A DNA stretch of 63,830 bases, filler included, from Reticulomyxa filosa (taxonomy: Eukaryota; Protista; Foraminifera), in NCBI GenBank assembly GCA_000512085.1. It is 20 parts of 20 records of this genome, joined end to end, with 100 filler letters (N's around TTAATTAATTAA, not from the genome) between each part and the next. Parts side by side here need not be neighbours in the genome. Positions count along the whole stretch, not along the records: positions 46,474 to 53,260 come from ASPP01010508.1; positions 53,361 to 60,863 come from ASPP01012610.1; positions 60,964 to 62,268 come from ASPP01026432.1; positions 62,369 to 63,830 come from ASPP01047788.1; 16 more parts are not named here. One strand, written 5' to 3'. Position 1 is the first letter of the stretch. Every line of letters starts with the position of its first letter. The notes beneath the pieces are model-generated. The model ran no database searches and was not told where the DNA came from. It was given only the letters and a program-made list of their open reading frames with translations. Both the position numbers and the translations under genes were made by a program. Shown here in pieces: positions 51,663 through 63,830 of the stretch.

Positions 51663-52769
51663 TCAGTGGTGTCCACCGCCATCAAAGCCTCCTCCATGAC
51701 CATGGTGTCCCCCATGACCATAATCAAAGTCATTAGTACCACCAAAAGTGGCTCCTCCATAGTCAAAGCCACTAGAATTGCCAACGTTTTTTTTCGTGGA
51801 TATATTTTTTGTTTATTGGTCGCACTCTTTTTCTGTCCAGACACTGGCGCTGTTGCCTTGCGCCCTCCACTGACAGAAGGATTTTTGGAGTTGTTTATCG
51901 CCTTAGCGCTAAGAGTCTCTTGTTTCAATTTTTCCATCTCAAGCAATGTTGTTTTCTGTTGCATTTTTTTTTATTGTCTTGCTTTTTTTTTTTTTTTTAC
52001 ATTTTCAAAAAAAAACAAACAAACAAACAAACAAACTTGAGAAGAGACTGATTGTTCTAGCTTTTGTTTCAAAAGTGCAATCTCTTCGTCTTTCGATTGC
52101 ACCTCCGATTTGAGTATTGCATTTTCCGACTTTAATTCGTGTATCTCTTCCTTTTTATATTTTCAAAGTCAATACATTTTTTCCCATTAAAATTAACAAT
52201 ATATATACAATATATACAAAAAAAAAAAAAAAAAAATTTGGAACACTTGTTGCTGTTGAATAGTTTGTTTTAATGCTTCAAATGATTTCATCACCAAATC
52301 AAAATGAAATTTCATGGCTGATGCCAAATGATCTCGTAACGTGGATTTTGCACATGTGTCATCACATCCGAATGACTCAAACCAACACTTTACTGATTTT
52401 AAACAGCAAGCATTTTCCAAATGATCATCCACTTGCTTAATCGTTCCTTTGAAATCACAACATAGCGGAACTGACGTGTCCTCTACTTTGTTCTCTTGAT
52501 CATCTTTTTGCTCGAATTGCCTTGCACATGTCACGAGCAATTCTCCAATATATCGTTTTGCTAATCGATTTTGAGAATACAAACAATTCTTATGTGGTGT
52601 TACTGGGCATGAATCTGGATTTTGGCTCAGAAATTGCTTCAAACAATTCTCTCCGATAATCAATGACTCATCCATATCCTTGTGTTGAGGACAATTGATC
52701 TCCATTGGATTGTACTGGTGTTAAGTCTGGTTTCACACTTTTTTGATTTTTTCTTCTAAAAAAATTCAT
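51663..52769 (-). pseudogene. Paralogous RING/TRAF zinc-finger gene lacking the first CxxC, with a Gly/His-rich tail instead of WD40
   Basis: PDLTPV joins directly to NPMEINCPQH; TRAF fingers intact; final segment NVGNSSGFDYGGATFGGTNDFDYGHGGHHGHGGGFDGGGHH* needs one extra A. Confidence 0.75.
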
Positions 52770-53360
52770 TGATTATATGGATTAACTACAATTTTTTTTT
52801 TGACCTCAAAGTTTGAAAGTGATTTGGCTGGTGTCATTAGTATTCAAAGTTCTAGTCTGCCATTTAAGAAAACAAATATAAGGATCAAAATTTTGCATAA
52901 ACATAATCACGCAAAAGTCTTTTTGAAACTTAATTATGGAAGACTGCAATTAAATAATATTTGCATTTTGTACCACATTCCACAAACTCAAAGAATGAAA
53001 TCTTACTTAATGAATTAAAACTCTTCATTGGAGATACTTTTTATGACGGATTACTATTTCGTCCAGTAGATATAAAGAATCCAAAAACTAGAGAATATTC
53101 ACATATAACATTGAATTTGAGAATATCAATCAAATTCTTTCATAAAGTTCTGCTAATTTATCGTTTGTGAATGACAATTTTGAAAAATGAAAAAAACTAT
53201 CGTTTTTGTTATAACAATTCTGAAGATACAATTAATGTTATTTTAAAAAAATTGAAAAAANNNNNNNNNNNNNNNNNNNNNNNNNNNNNNNNNNNNNNNN
53301 NNNNTTAATTAATTAANNNNNNNNNNNNNNNNNNNNNNNNNNNNNNNNNNNNNNNNNNNN

Positions 53361-56300
53361 TTGAATTCATCCAAAAAAAGCCAAATTTCTTTTTCTTTTT
53401 CTTTGGATTCATTGTCCATCCTTTGTTGTTCTTTGCACTTTTCAACAATGTCACGAATGTGCGCTCTTTCAATACCCTCATGGATATCCACTGCTTCCAA
53501 ATGAACATCTACTGCACATGCAAGATATTTTATCAATGCTGTTTTGCCACATCCTCTATTTTATTTGTTTGTTTGTCAAATAGTTTGTTTTAGCTTTCAC
53601 AAAAAAATATAATAACGCAACGTTTCTCCCATCAAAACGACCTGTCAACAAAATAAACAACCCAATTATCAAACAACAAGCAAACAATTATATGTCTTCT
53701 TTTTTCCGTTGTAGGGCTTGTATCGATGGAATAAAACGCATACCGGAAGATTGGATCGAATTTTGAGAAGAATAGCCAACATTTTCAAAATATTATCATA
53801 GGTTAATACATAGTATTTGAAATTTGTATCGCACAATCGTTGAATTTCGCTTCTCTTTTCCACTGGAACATTGACGGCACGAAACAGAAATTTGATTCGT
53901 TCTTTCTTTTGTTGATCGTTCCATGTGTTCTTTACCTCCTGTTCCCAGGCGATAGCCGGACAATCAATTTGTCTCAAAGGTTTCAATCTCTTATCGTTCA
54001 GCTGCTCCATTGTTGCAGCAAGCAAGGAAATGCTCCCTGGTTTTCGATCAATAATATATATGTATATCTTTATATAAAGTTTTACAACAAAATAAAATAA
54101 AATAAAAGCACTTTCAAATAACGTGCACGCAGTACATAAGTGCAGACAAATAGGATACCATCTTGATTAACAAGAAGCAGTACTTCTTTTGATTGTTTCC
54201 ACTTTTCACACAGATAAAATTGCTGCGTGTATACCATTTTGGTATCATCTTCATTATAAGACTTAAAGCATAAATCTTCGGCAAGTGCAATGACACACTT
54301 GGTCGCTTCAAATCGAAATGGAATGCAGTTATCCAAAAGGAATTGTGATTTGGCCAAAACCTAAACTGCACAAACAAAAAGTTAAAGAACATTACGTAAT
54401 ACCACGGACTCGAGGATTTCAAATGCGAAAAATGATTGCGCATAAATTCATTAATTGCCGTGGGATTTAATTTGGGTTTGCTTTCGACGTCAATATCCGG
54501 AGTTGTTGTGGCGATTTGTTGTATAAGATTTTTGAAAATGTTTATAACAAAATTACGCTGTCTATTTTTTTTATTGAAAAAAAAAAAAAATTGGTATACA
54601 AAAAAAGATCTTTTGTTTTTAATTTTTTTTAAACATTACCAAAACTTTAATTTTCCGGAAAAAAATTCTTCCATCCATTTGATACTGAATTGACCTTTGT
54701 CTCCAGTATTGAACAGAGAGAGTTTTGTTTCGTTTGCAAAGGGCATTTTGAAAAATAAGATATAAAAGAAATTGTGTGGTGTGTCCAAAAACGTATCGAT
54801 TTTGGAAGGTATTTCAATGAAAAAGATCATGTTTGGATTGACATGGAAGCTATAATTCATGGTGTCGATGCGTTGCAAATACAATAATTGAAAAAAGAAA
54901 TTGTTAATATCTTTATTAACACAAGAGGATACATCAATATGATACACAATCCAATTGTCTTTCGAATATTTGAGATTTTCCATATTTTTTTCAATGCTCT
55001 CGCTGTTTTCTTTGGATACATTGTGCGCTTGACATGGATGATATTTCCATAATGTTTTGGCAGTATTTTCCCAATCGATATCCCTACTATTGAAACGTAT
55101 ACAAACACTTTGTATTTTGCTTATTTGTTCCAAAGCTTTGATATCTTGACGAATGGTCCAAGTCTTGCCTGCGTGTTACTTTTTACTTCATACAATCGTA
55201 CAAAGGGTTTTTGATCGGCCTTCTTTGTTGTAAGTAAGTCTAACTCTCGTGCGTACATATCATGTGTGCCAAAGTTGGGATTGACTCTCTCTCCTGACAC
55301 ACTCCATTCGAACTCTTTTAAAATCTGTGATAATTCATTATCGCGGTCAGAAGACACAACTGCAAACAAATATGATTGCGTTTGTTGGGATTGAGAGGGA
55401 TCGAATATATACTTTTGAAACAGCTTCACGACTTTCGCCAGTGTCCTTGCTTCCAATTTTTCCGGCCAAACTAAGCAATATAACGGCACTTTTACATTTA
55501 TAGATTTGTTCGATTTCACATATAACAAAGCTCGCAATAACAAACACTCCACTTCCTCTTCTGTCGTTATTTCTTTGCATAAGAGTATATGTTCAGCCCG
55601 AGGTATCAATCCAATGGATTCATATAAACTCAATACCGAAAACAGTGGATTGTTATTGTTGACAATGACCAAATTGGGCCTTCCTGTTTTTAAAGACTGA
55701 AGAAAAGATGAAGAAGAAAAGGAGGAGTAGGATGCTGTTTCATTGTTTTTTGATTTTATCCAAACATTGGAAAAGATACGTCCAAGTTCTTGTAATGACC
55801 GTATACCATCAGTGTGTGCATCTGCCCATTCACTTAACATAGCAGAAGCATCGTTAAATTTATAGTCCAATCGTTGCAAGAATGGCACAATGTATTTGGA
55901 CGCTAGTATATTCCAATGTTGCTTTTCATGTTGGATAATGCAATTCAAATTGTTAATCAACTGTTGAGCCTCATTCATGGTGAAGTACGTCAAGCAAGGA
56001 CAGATATGTCGCAATTGGATACACTCGTTGTTCCATTTGTTTAAGATTTCCTCCCATTCTTTTTTCTTTTTGTAAAACAGATCAATGGGGGCATTTGCTT
56101 GCAATGTGAGTGAGGTTCGATCTCCAATGCCTCCTTTTTCCCAATAGTCCATTCGAATGGCACACAAGTCTTTGCAAATTTCAAATTGCGAGATAATATT
56201 CACTATTTTCTCTTGTTGTGCACTCATCAAGCCAAGTTTTAATTGATCAATTGAATGCCCTATGTATTCATAAGTCAGTTGCATGCCTTCAAACTCGAGT

Positions 56301-59300
56301 GTCAATCCCTCGTATTTGTTGCTGCTCGAACGCGATATATAGATGCCATTATAGCCACTCAACACCCAATTTCCTTTCCGACTTGCTTTCTCAAATGTAT
56401 CATATTTTTTGATTACCACCGCCTCGTCACCGGTTGTCATTACTCGAATGAGAGCGTGGAAATTCACTTTGAAGCACTCGTTCATATACTTACCCCACTC
56501 TTTATTGTGATCAATCAGTTCGAGTATGGCCTTTGCAAGTGCATCCGTCTCTTTGAATTTCACGTTCCATATTTTTTCTTGCATTGTTTGATTGACAATA
56601 CGCAATGGCTCGATCAGTCGATAAAAATGTTCATTGCCACAATCCTTTAGCCGTTGTAATCCAAAACTAAACAGTTTGTCGTTTGTAAATGCATGATTGG
56701 TTGCAATCTCTTTAATTTGCTGCTCATTCCTCGCAATCAACTCCAACACGTGTACGTACTTTATCATATCCCTAAACTGTTCCATGCATTGCTTGTAAGC
56801 ATTGTTTGTCTCTTCTATCTCCACTTCTATCTTGCCCGCTAGTAGTCCTTCACTTTTGTAGCGCTTCCTCCACTGCTCGCCACGCATTACCGTCGCTCAT
56901 GTCTTTCTTTCCTTCGTGGTATTTCTGTATCACTTCGACACCTAGCTTCAATTGCTTCCACATGTCTTGCAGTTGTTGCAGTTTTTTTCTTTCTGCTTCC
57001 AATGTTTCCAGTGATTCATTTCCATTCTTTTTTATTTGTGTGTGTGTGAGAAGAGGTATTCAACAAACAATTCAAATTTTTTTTTGCATACATAATAATA
57101 TTACGTATACAAAACAATACCTTTGTCTTTTCTTCCCACCTCAAATTGGCATTTTCAAAAACTTCGATAAAGTCGATAGCTGAAGTCGGAGTTATTGAAT
57201 CAGCATTTGTTTTGTAAAGTTCATTGGAAAGAGAAAGAGCAAAGTTGTAGGCAGCGACGCAATACTTCCAAGAGAAGAAGTCTTGTGGAAAGTAGGCCAA
57301 TTCATCCGAAAAAAAGTATTTGTTTTGTAAATGGATTGGAATCAATGTTGTCGGTTGCATGTGCATGAGCTTAGCCTTTTTTGCCAAGTGCCTCCATGCA
57401 GTCATAATTCTGCGGATGATTTGCTTGGGTGTGCACTTAATAAAACGAGACAGTTGAATTTCCAATTCCGGATTCAGATTCACTTGGTCGGACTGAAATT
57501 GTATTTTCAAACACTGCAAGGTTTGGAATTGTTCTTTGCAGATATCCCATATGGTACGAAATGTTTGAATATCCTTCCGGTCTATCATTACTTGCCATTC
57601 ATCGTGGAAACATTCCAACAATCGTATTTCTTTTTCCATTGTTATTTCCATTTCGGAAATCCATTCATATCTTGAGGCTCTAAAAAAATTGTAAAAATTC
57701 TCTAGATCACTTGGAACTTTCTCCAAATATTTTTCTGCTAAAAGCTGTCCAAGGATGTCATTCCATTTTTTTAAGTTCTTAAACTTTTCCATCGTCGTTA
57801 TCCATGTTTGTTGATCAAACAATCGTCCAGCCAATTCTTCAATACATTTTTCATTGCTGTCCCTTTTAATAAATTCACAAAGTGCAAAATTGGCTTTGCC
57901 GACTTTTATCACATCGTGCAATGTGACAAGTGTATCTTGTATAGAAAGCCACTGTTGTTTGAGGATCTCAATGTGTTGGTGATTATGTAGGATGTTTTTC
58001 CATCTGGTATATGAAATGCATTGCTTCAATTCGTCGAGCAATTGATCTGTTTGTGTCGATGACAGTCTATATTTTTGATCCACTGTTTGCGATTCTTTTT
58101 TTTCGTCGCTGTCAATAGCAAATGTAGGTATCACCGTTGTGCTATATAGCACAAAGCAATATTTATATAATATATTATACACAAAGTATATAATAAAACC
58201 AACTTTTGATCTTGATATTTGAGGAATAATGACAAAAACCAATTCCATTTTGTCGAATTCCAAGGAGGCTTACCAATGCATTGGTCCAATTGGCTCCGAT
58301 CTTTGTCGGTCCAGCATTTGTTTTGATATTGAAAATATTTGGCCTTGGACTCCAAACATTTTTCCAATTCGTTGCGACATGCAGTGGGCAAAAGATTCCA
58401 TCGTGAATCAGCCAACAACCATAATGCTTTGCGATGATAGCAATTGTTGCACAACAGTCCATCCAAATCGGCGCTATTGAACCACGTCCGTAATGATGCC
58501 GTCAGCTGCTTATTCCATTCATTCACATTATGTTCGACTTTGCAATTGAATAATTGGATCCAAACTTCCAAAGATTGCTCCGATCCTGATCCCTTTTGTT
58601 CATAGTACAATAATTGTTGCGTCAAATCGAATATTTTGTCTTTGATGCTTTTATCTTCTAATGAGAGTTGCTTCATTTTTTCAAAAACAAAAATATACAC
58701 ATGTGCATTACTTATGTGATATATGTACATGTATATATGTATGTCAACGAACATTCCAAAGGATGTCAATTAAACATGACAGTACTTCCTTGCAATAAAA
58801 TATGTTGTCAATGTATCGTTCAATTGTCGTCAGCAAATCATCATCGCTTTTCCAGCTGTTTTTTTTTATTGTTTGTTTTTTTTTTGACTTTAGATTTTAC
58901 TCACGTGCTGAAGACAAAAAAAATGGATATATTACATAATTTTTTGCTTTTGAACAAAAGCAAAGAAATCAAAGAGACGCTGAGATGAGGTTGTCACCAA
59001 TTGCTGAAATGTGCTATTGACATGGAAATTCTTGAAAAAGGTGGCTCGAACTTTATCATCTTCAAAAATATGAATGCTTTGAAGTCGCTCAATAAATTTA
59101 GTCCACGTTGAAAAGTCATTTCGAAACGCGGTGCACATGACTTGCCAACATTTGTCACCATTGTCGAATTGACAGATATTCTTCCATATCTCTTCACTTT
59201 GCGCAAATAGAAACTCCAACACAGATTGACTTTCATCGGGGTAGTGTTGTAACAATTTAATTACATACGTCTCCGCATAATGTCTTTGCGGATGTGCATG

Positions 59301-60800
59301 TGGATTGGATAATTGCACAGCTGCATTGATTCTTGCTTTGCGAAGACTCAAATCTATTTCTAAAATAGACTTGATTTTTTTGTCAAGGTCGTCGTATTTG
59401 GCATCGGAAACATCGCCTTCTTCAAACTTTTTGGCAAAGCCGCTTGCCAGAGAATTGTCTTCGACAAACAGCAATAAATAATTGATGCATGGGAGGAGGA
59501 AAATGAGCTGTAGCTTTGAAGGGTCTCGACAGCGATGTTCTTTCAAATCGCTTTGTAGCATCTCACAAACCATGTTATTATTTTGATTGCTATTATTTTG
59601 GAAAAGTCTTTGAATGATAACAAACAAGTGCCAAGGTGACAACAATGTATCTTCTGTTGATGTTATATTTCCACTCTTTGTTGGCAAGGTACGTAGCCAT
59701 ATATATTTAAGTATCTTTTTTTTTTTTTTTTTTTTTTATTATTCAATCAGTATCTATAATATGTGTATTATTTTTTAAAAAAAGATTTGTTGTAAAATAA
59801 ACTGGTATTAAATCAATAGTCGATTTCTCTAATTCTTTTTGATCCCTTCCAAAATGTTGCACAATTCAGGTAATGCCTTTCGATAAGTGTGCTTAGATTA
59901 TTTTTTGCTTGAAGTGTAAATTCCAAAGATGGCCAATCTTTAATGCTGTCCACCAAATGCTTAAACACGACGATTTCAGATGTGATTGGTACTTTTTCTC
60001 TTGGCAGTCGGAGTACATACACTTTACAATTGTCTTCAGTAGTGTACCACATGTTATTGTATTGAAATAAAACTGGACTGTCTACTTCCACCTGAAAATC
60101 GCCAACGAAGATGTTACCACCAATCCTTTGTAAATGACGCTCTAAATCATTATTTGTGTGTTGACAATATCCATTGAAAAAAAAAAAACAGAATGGAGTA
60201 ATATTTTATTACCAAAAAAAAAAATAACTTTGTTTATCATTACAAAATGAGATAGCAGGCTGATCATCTTGTACTACAAAAGCATAAATTCGAAAAATTT
60301 GTGTTTGTTTTGTGATGGTATTTGAAATATCTGATTTTTCATCATTGTCCAAAGGCTGATCGGACTGGTGATCACAATGGATAGCAATTTGTGCGCATTC
60401 TTCCAACAAAGACTTTATATTCATATTTTCGGTGAGTTCTTGAAATGCTTGCACAATGTGCTGTAATTGTAGCATCTCTGCCTCATGTTTTTTTTGAAGG
60501 GACTCTTCTGTCAATCTGTTTAAAATTTCTTGTGGTATTTGACATTTACATTTCAGACATTCCTCCACGACCTCTTTGACAGCGCTTATATCGCAACGAT
60601 CTTCAGGTATCCCTGACAGTTGTCACGCAAATACATAAAAACTCACACACGCAAGTCTTTTGTTTTTCATTTAAAAAACAAAAAAAACTGTTGCAATTAC
60701 CAATGTATTCGCTCCATTGTTCTAATTTCCACATTACACTACCTGAAAGTGGAATTACTTTCATCTGTCGACTGTACTCGACTCAACATAAAAAAAAATT
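53361..60800 (-). CDS. RNF213 (mysterin)-like giant dynein-type AAA+ ATPase, partial, multi-exon, at least two frameshifts
   Basis: YVLTYDNILKMLAILLKIRSNLP|VVLMGET|GCGKTALIKYL..DIH..WLFLDEFN; YHIDVSS..FFFQLLYL..FIEIP; HILLCKEITTEEEVECLLLRA..LYCLVWPEKL; CPCLTYFTMNE. These follow the RNF213 stalk/AAA1-AAA2 order. Confidence 0.88.
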
Positions 60801-61279
60801 GTATATTTGTACATATAAATTTTTTTGTTAACAAACAAAAAAAAAAAACAAAACGGTGGGTTGNNNNNNNNNNNNNNNNNNNNNNNNNNNNNNNNNNNNN
60901 NNNNNNNTTAATTAATTAANNNNNNNNNNNNNNNNNNNNNNNNNNNNNNNNNNNNNNNNNNNNATGCGCTTCTCCTTTTTCAAGTTTTAATTCTTCTAAT
61001 GAATATATACATGGAATTCTTATTTATTAAATAAATTGAATCTTATCTGCACATACAAGCATCCTATTTTTATTGCAAGTCAAGTTTATTTTTAAAGTAT
61101 GAAAAAGCAAAAACTATCATTTCAAGTATGTAGTTTAAATTAGTGCAAAAAAAAAAAAAAGAAATTTCTTGACATTGTAACTGTGCAACTGTCATCTCGT
61201 GAAAGCGAACGATGTTGACTTAAGTATTTTTTTTAGTGAACCAAAAGTGTGTGCCCCTTCAAGATTTGAAATAGTGAAG

Positions 61280-62197
61280 ATGACGACCTCCGATAAAAAT
61301 GTGGAAAAAGTTAGTTTATTGGGCGACTATCATGCGCAAGGTCAAGGGAATTTATCGAAGCAAATAGCGTACAGCACGTTCCAAGAGGACACAATACCAA
61401 GTGCGCAATCAAACTTGATTGAGGATGAGAAAGATATATTTCTGCGGAAAACAAGTAAATATTGGGTATTGCCATCTCACTTTCTCACAGTTGCGTGTGA
61501 ATGTTTGATTGTTTGTGCAAACAAACTGTGAGAAAAGATGTGTCAAACAACGTGAAAGGTAAAAAAACGAGTAGCGAAACAAATCCCGGAATGGCGTTAC
61601 GATAACAAAGTGACAAAAAATTTGGCGGAGAGTGGCAACATAATTCACAGCATATATTTTGACACGAATGCATTCGATTTATACGATAGCCGTATTACAC
61701 AAGAAGCGAGTTCGATGTTGTTTCGCTATCGATGGTATGTGAACGAAAAGCCGACGAGGGGATACTTTGAACAAAAACTCAGACGATCGATGTGGGGCGC
61801 CGTCATCCCTATCAAGCGTCGCTTTCAATTGGCCCCGCATTTGGTCGTGCCTTATGTCCATCAAGGGGTAGACGTCACTCCTCAATACAACTCGCTCATG
61901 CAATCCATTCATAAGTTACACACAAATGCAAATACAAATACATGCAAACACATTTTTTTTGCGAATTTGTTGGTTGCTATTTTTATTATAAAAAAAAAAA
62001 AAGGGGAGAAAAAAGTTTCTGAAATTTTTTTTTTTTAAATGCCCCCTTTTTTTTTTTTTTTTTTTTGTAAAAGTGACATCACCAAATGGCCAAGCCAATT
62101 GGATCCTTGTATTCGATCAACCTGCTGTCGAACTGTTTTTCAAGAAAGCACCAAAGCTGCTATGCGTGTATCTTTTGATGAAGACATGTTTGTAGCG
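61280..62197 (+). CDS. VTC-domain polyphosphate polymerase (Vtc4-like), 3'-truncated
   Basis: FLRKTSKYWV, IHSIYFDTNAFDLYDSRI, FRYRWY, YFEQK..W..IKRRF, LDPCIRSTCCRTVFQ..MRVSFDEDM. Confidence 0.9.
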
Positions 62198-62231
62198 TAA
62201 ATTTTTTTTTTTTGCTAGCCTGCCAAAGGAA

Positions 62232-62268
<37 letters not shown>

Positions 62269-62368
62269 NNNNNNNNNNNNNNNNNNNNNNNNNNNNNNNN
62301 NNNNNNNNNNNNTTAATTAATTAANNNNNNNNNNNNNNNNNNNNNNNNNNNNNNNNNNNNNNNNNNNN

Positions 62369-62735
62369 ATCACACGATAAAAGTGTTCGTTTGTGGGATA
62401 TTCGATCTGGTCTACAAATTCAAGTGTTCTATGGACATACAAAGGTTGTATCGTCTGTTGAGTATTCACCATTTGTAATAAATGATAGTATTGGTAATTC
62501 AAATGTGATATGTTCTGGATCATTGGATAATACAATTCGTTTTTGGGATATTCGATCAAATAAGAATGAATTGTTTATGATCCAAGGAGACGAGGAAGAG
62601 TATGATGGAAAAGATGATGGAATAATTTGTTTTAAATTTATTGGATTGAAAAAGGAAAAGGAGACAAAGAATATGACATATGATTTGAATTTATGTTATG
62701 GCTCACGCAAAGGTCCAATTTGTATTTGGGGATAA
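62369..62735 (+). CDS. WD40 C-terminus, paralog of 49120-50523
   Basis: [57 protein letters not shown]. Confidence 0.9.
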
Positions 62736-63830
62736 TTGAATTTTTTGTTGAACAAGAAATAAAAATGTTTTTTTTTGAAGAGTTTGATAAAAGCAAATTA
62801 AGTTGTTTGATATGATTGAGCATACACTAAGAGATGTGTTTTATCTTATTTTGTTGTTTAAAAAAGTTGAAAAAACTGCGTTCAATGTTTTTTAAAGAAA
62901 TGAAAATTCTATATATATTCCAATTACATAATGAAAGAATGTATTTGAATTACGACAACAGAGTTGATAAATTTTCATTTTGCATTGCATGAACACACTT
63001 TTTATATCAAATACTTATTCAAAATTGTGTTTGATATGATTAGGACAGATCAATAGTTTAGATATATGTAAGCAAAACAATTTAATTTTGACATAATAAA
63101 GTACAATATTCATTTAACACAGCACATTCAATTTTTTTAATTTAAATAAATATGTTGATAGTTGTCAAATTTATTTCATTGAATGCCTGGAAGTGCTTTC
63201 TTTTTTAACATAAAACAAATGAGTTTAGCAAATCAGTTAGCTAATGAAGACAGTAATTTGTTTTGAGAATATATTGAAAATTATCGAACTATGAACAAAT
63301 ATTTGTAAATGTCTCCACTTTTCTGTGTTCAACCCTTTTTTGTCACTTGTTTTGTTTCCACAATGACATAATAAGCAAAGTGTCAATTATGCAAAACATT
63401 AATATAAACTTTCAAATATCTTCATATCAATTAAATTTGGTGAATAGCATCAAACATAAAAAATTAAAGTATTTTAATTCAATTGAATTATCGAAATTAT
63501 ACAAAGCAAATATATTCTTCCAGATATCATATTTTACAATATGCTTTTACACATAGACTGTTTTATTATTTGTAATTGATGTTTGATATGCTCAAGTCCT
63601 TGTTTCAAAGTCTTTAAATAAGGATTCAACGGCTTTTTATGTATTATAAATTTTTCTTTCCAAATAACTTGGAATGAATTGAATTCCTGTTTATAAATGA
63701 ATGTCAAAACAATTTACAAATTGAAATTTATTTCATCAATTTTTTGTATAAAAAAGAGAAATGTGAAGTCATTAACTGAATAACGATTTGACAAACAATA
63801 TCTTTCATTAGAAATATTTATGCGGAAATG

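Noticed and set aside
51524-51790. Hydrophobic Met/Val-rich C-terminus of ORF 51524-51964 as a TM domain
   Set aside because: It is the off-frame reading of the Gly/His-rich tail.
3572-62368. Regularly recurring TTAATTAATTAA palindrome as a CRISPR-like or biological repeat
   Set aside because: Always centred in exactly 44+44 N; it is a six-frame-stop concatenation linker.
1-63830. rRNA, tRNA or CRISPR arrays
   Set aside because: None recognised by eye; tRNAscan-SE and Infernal would be needed to exclude small RNAs.

Overview
This window is not one locus. It is 20 short contigs joined by 19 artificial 100-nt linkers (N44-TTAATTAATTAA-N44), so adjacency across a linker means nothing. Nineteen contigs are AT-rich, intron-containing eukaryotic DNA with long poly-A/poly-T runs. 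Their gene families (degenerate RING/TRAF-WD40, Kelch, caspase-like, expanded WD40, many decayed copies) look like the foraminiferan Reticulomyxa filosa; this is inference from family recognition, not a database result. Recognisable genes: S10 serine carboxypeptidase, two protein kinases, an NAD-dependent epimerase/reductase, Trm112, a CREST/TMEM8-like membrane protein, WD40 proteins, a CDC48-N-like/UIM/RING-H2 ligase, a metallophosphoesterase, an amino-acid permease, a Vti1 SNARE, PH, coiled-coil/FN3, S53 peptidase, RhoGAP, an RNF213-like giant AAA+ ATPase and a VTC polyphosphate polymerase. One contig (33281-36530) is bacterial: a sigma70 promoter, a translationally coupled pdxS-pdxT operon, a frameshifted DUF2608-like HAD hydrolase and a probable IS5 relic, consistent with an intracellular symbiont or co-sequenced bacterium. 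I cannot demonstrate a single new multi-gene system. The best leads are the vitamin-B6 bacterial contig, the RNF213-like protein, the p97-N-like repeat RING ligase, the CREST protein split at a slippery A-run, and introns with poly-A before the acceptor.
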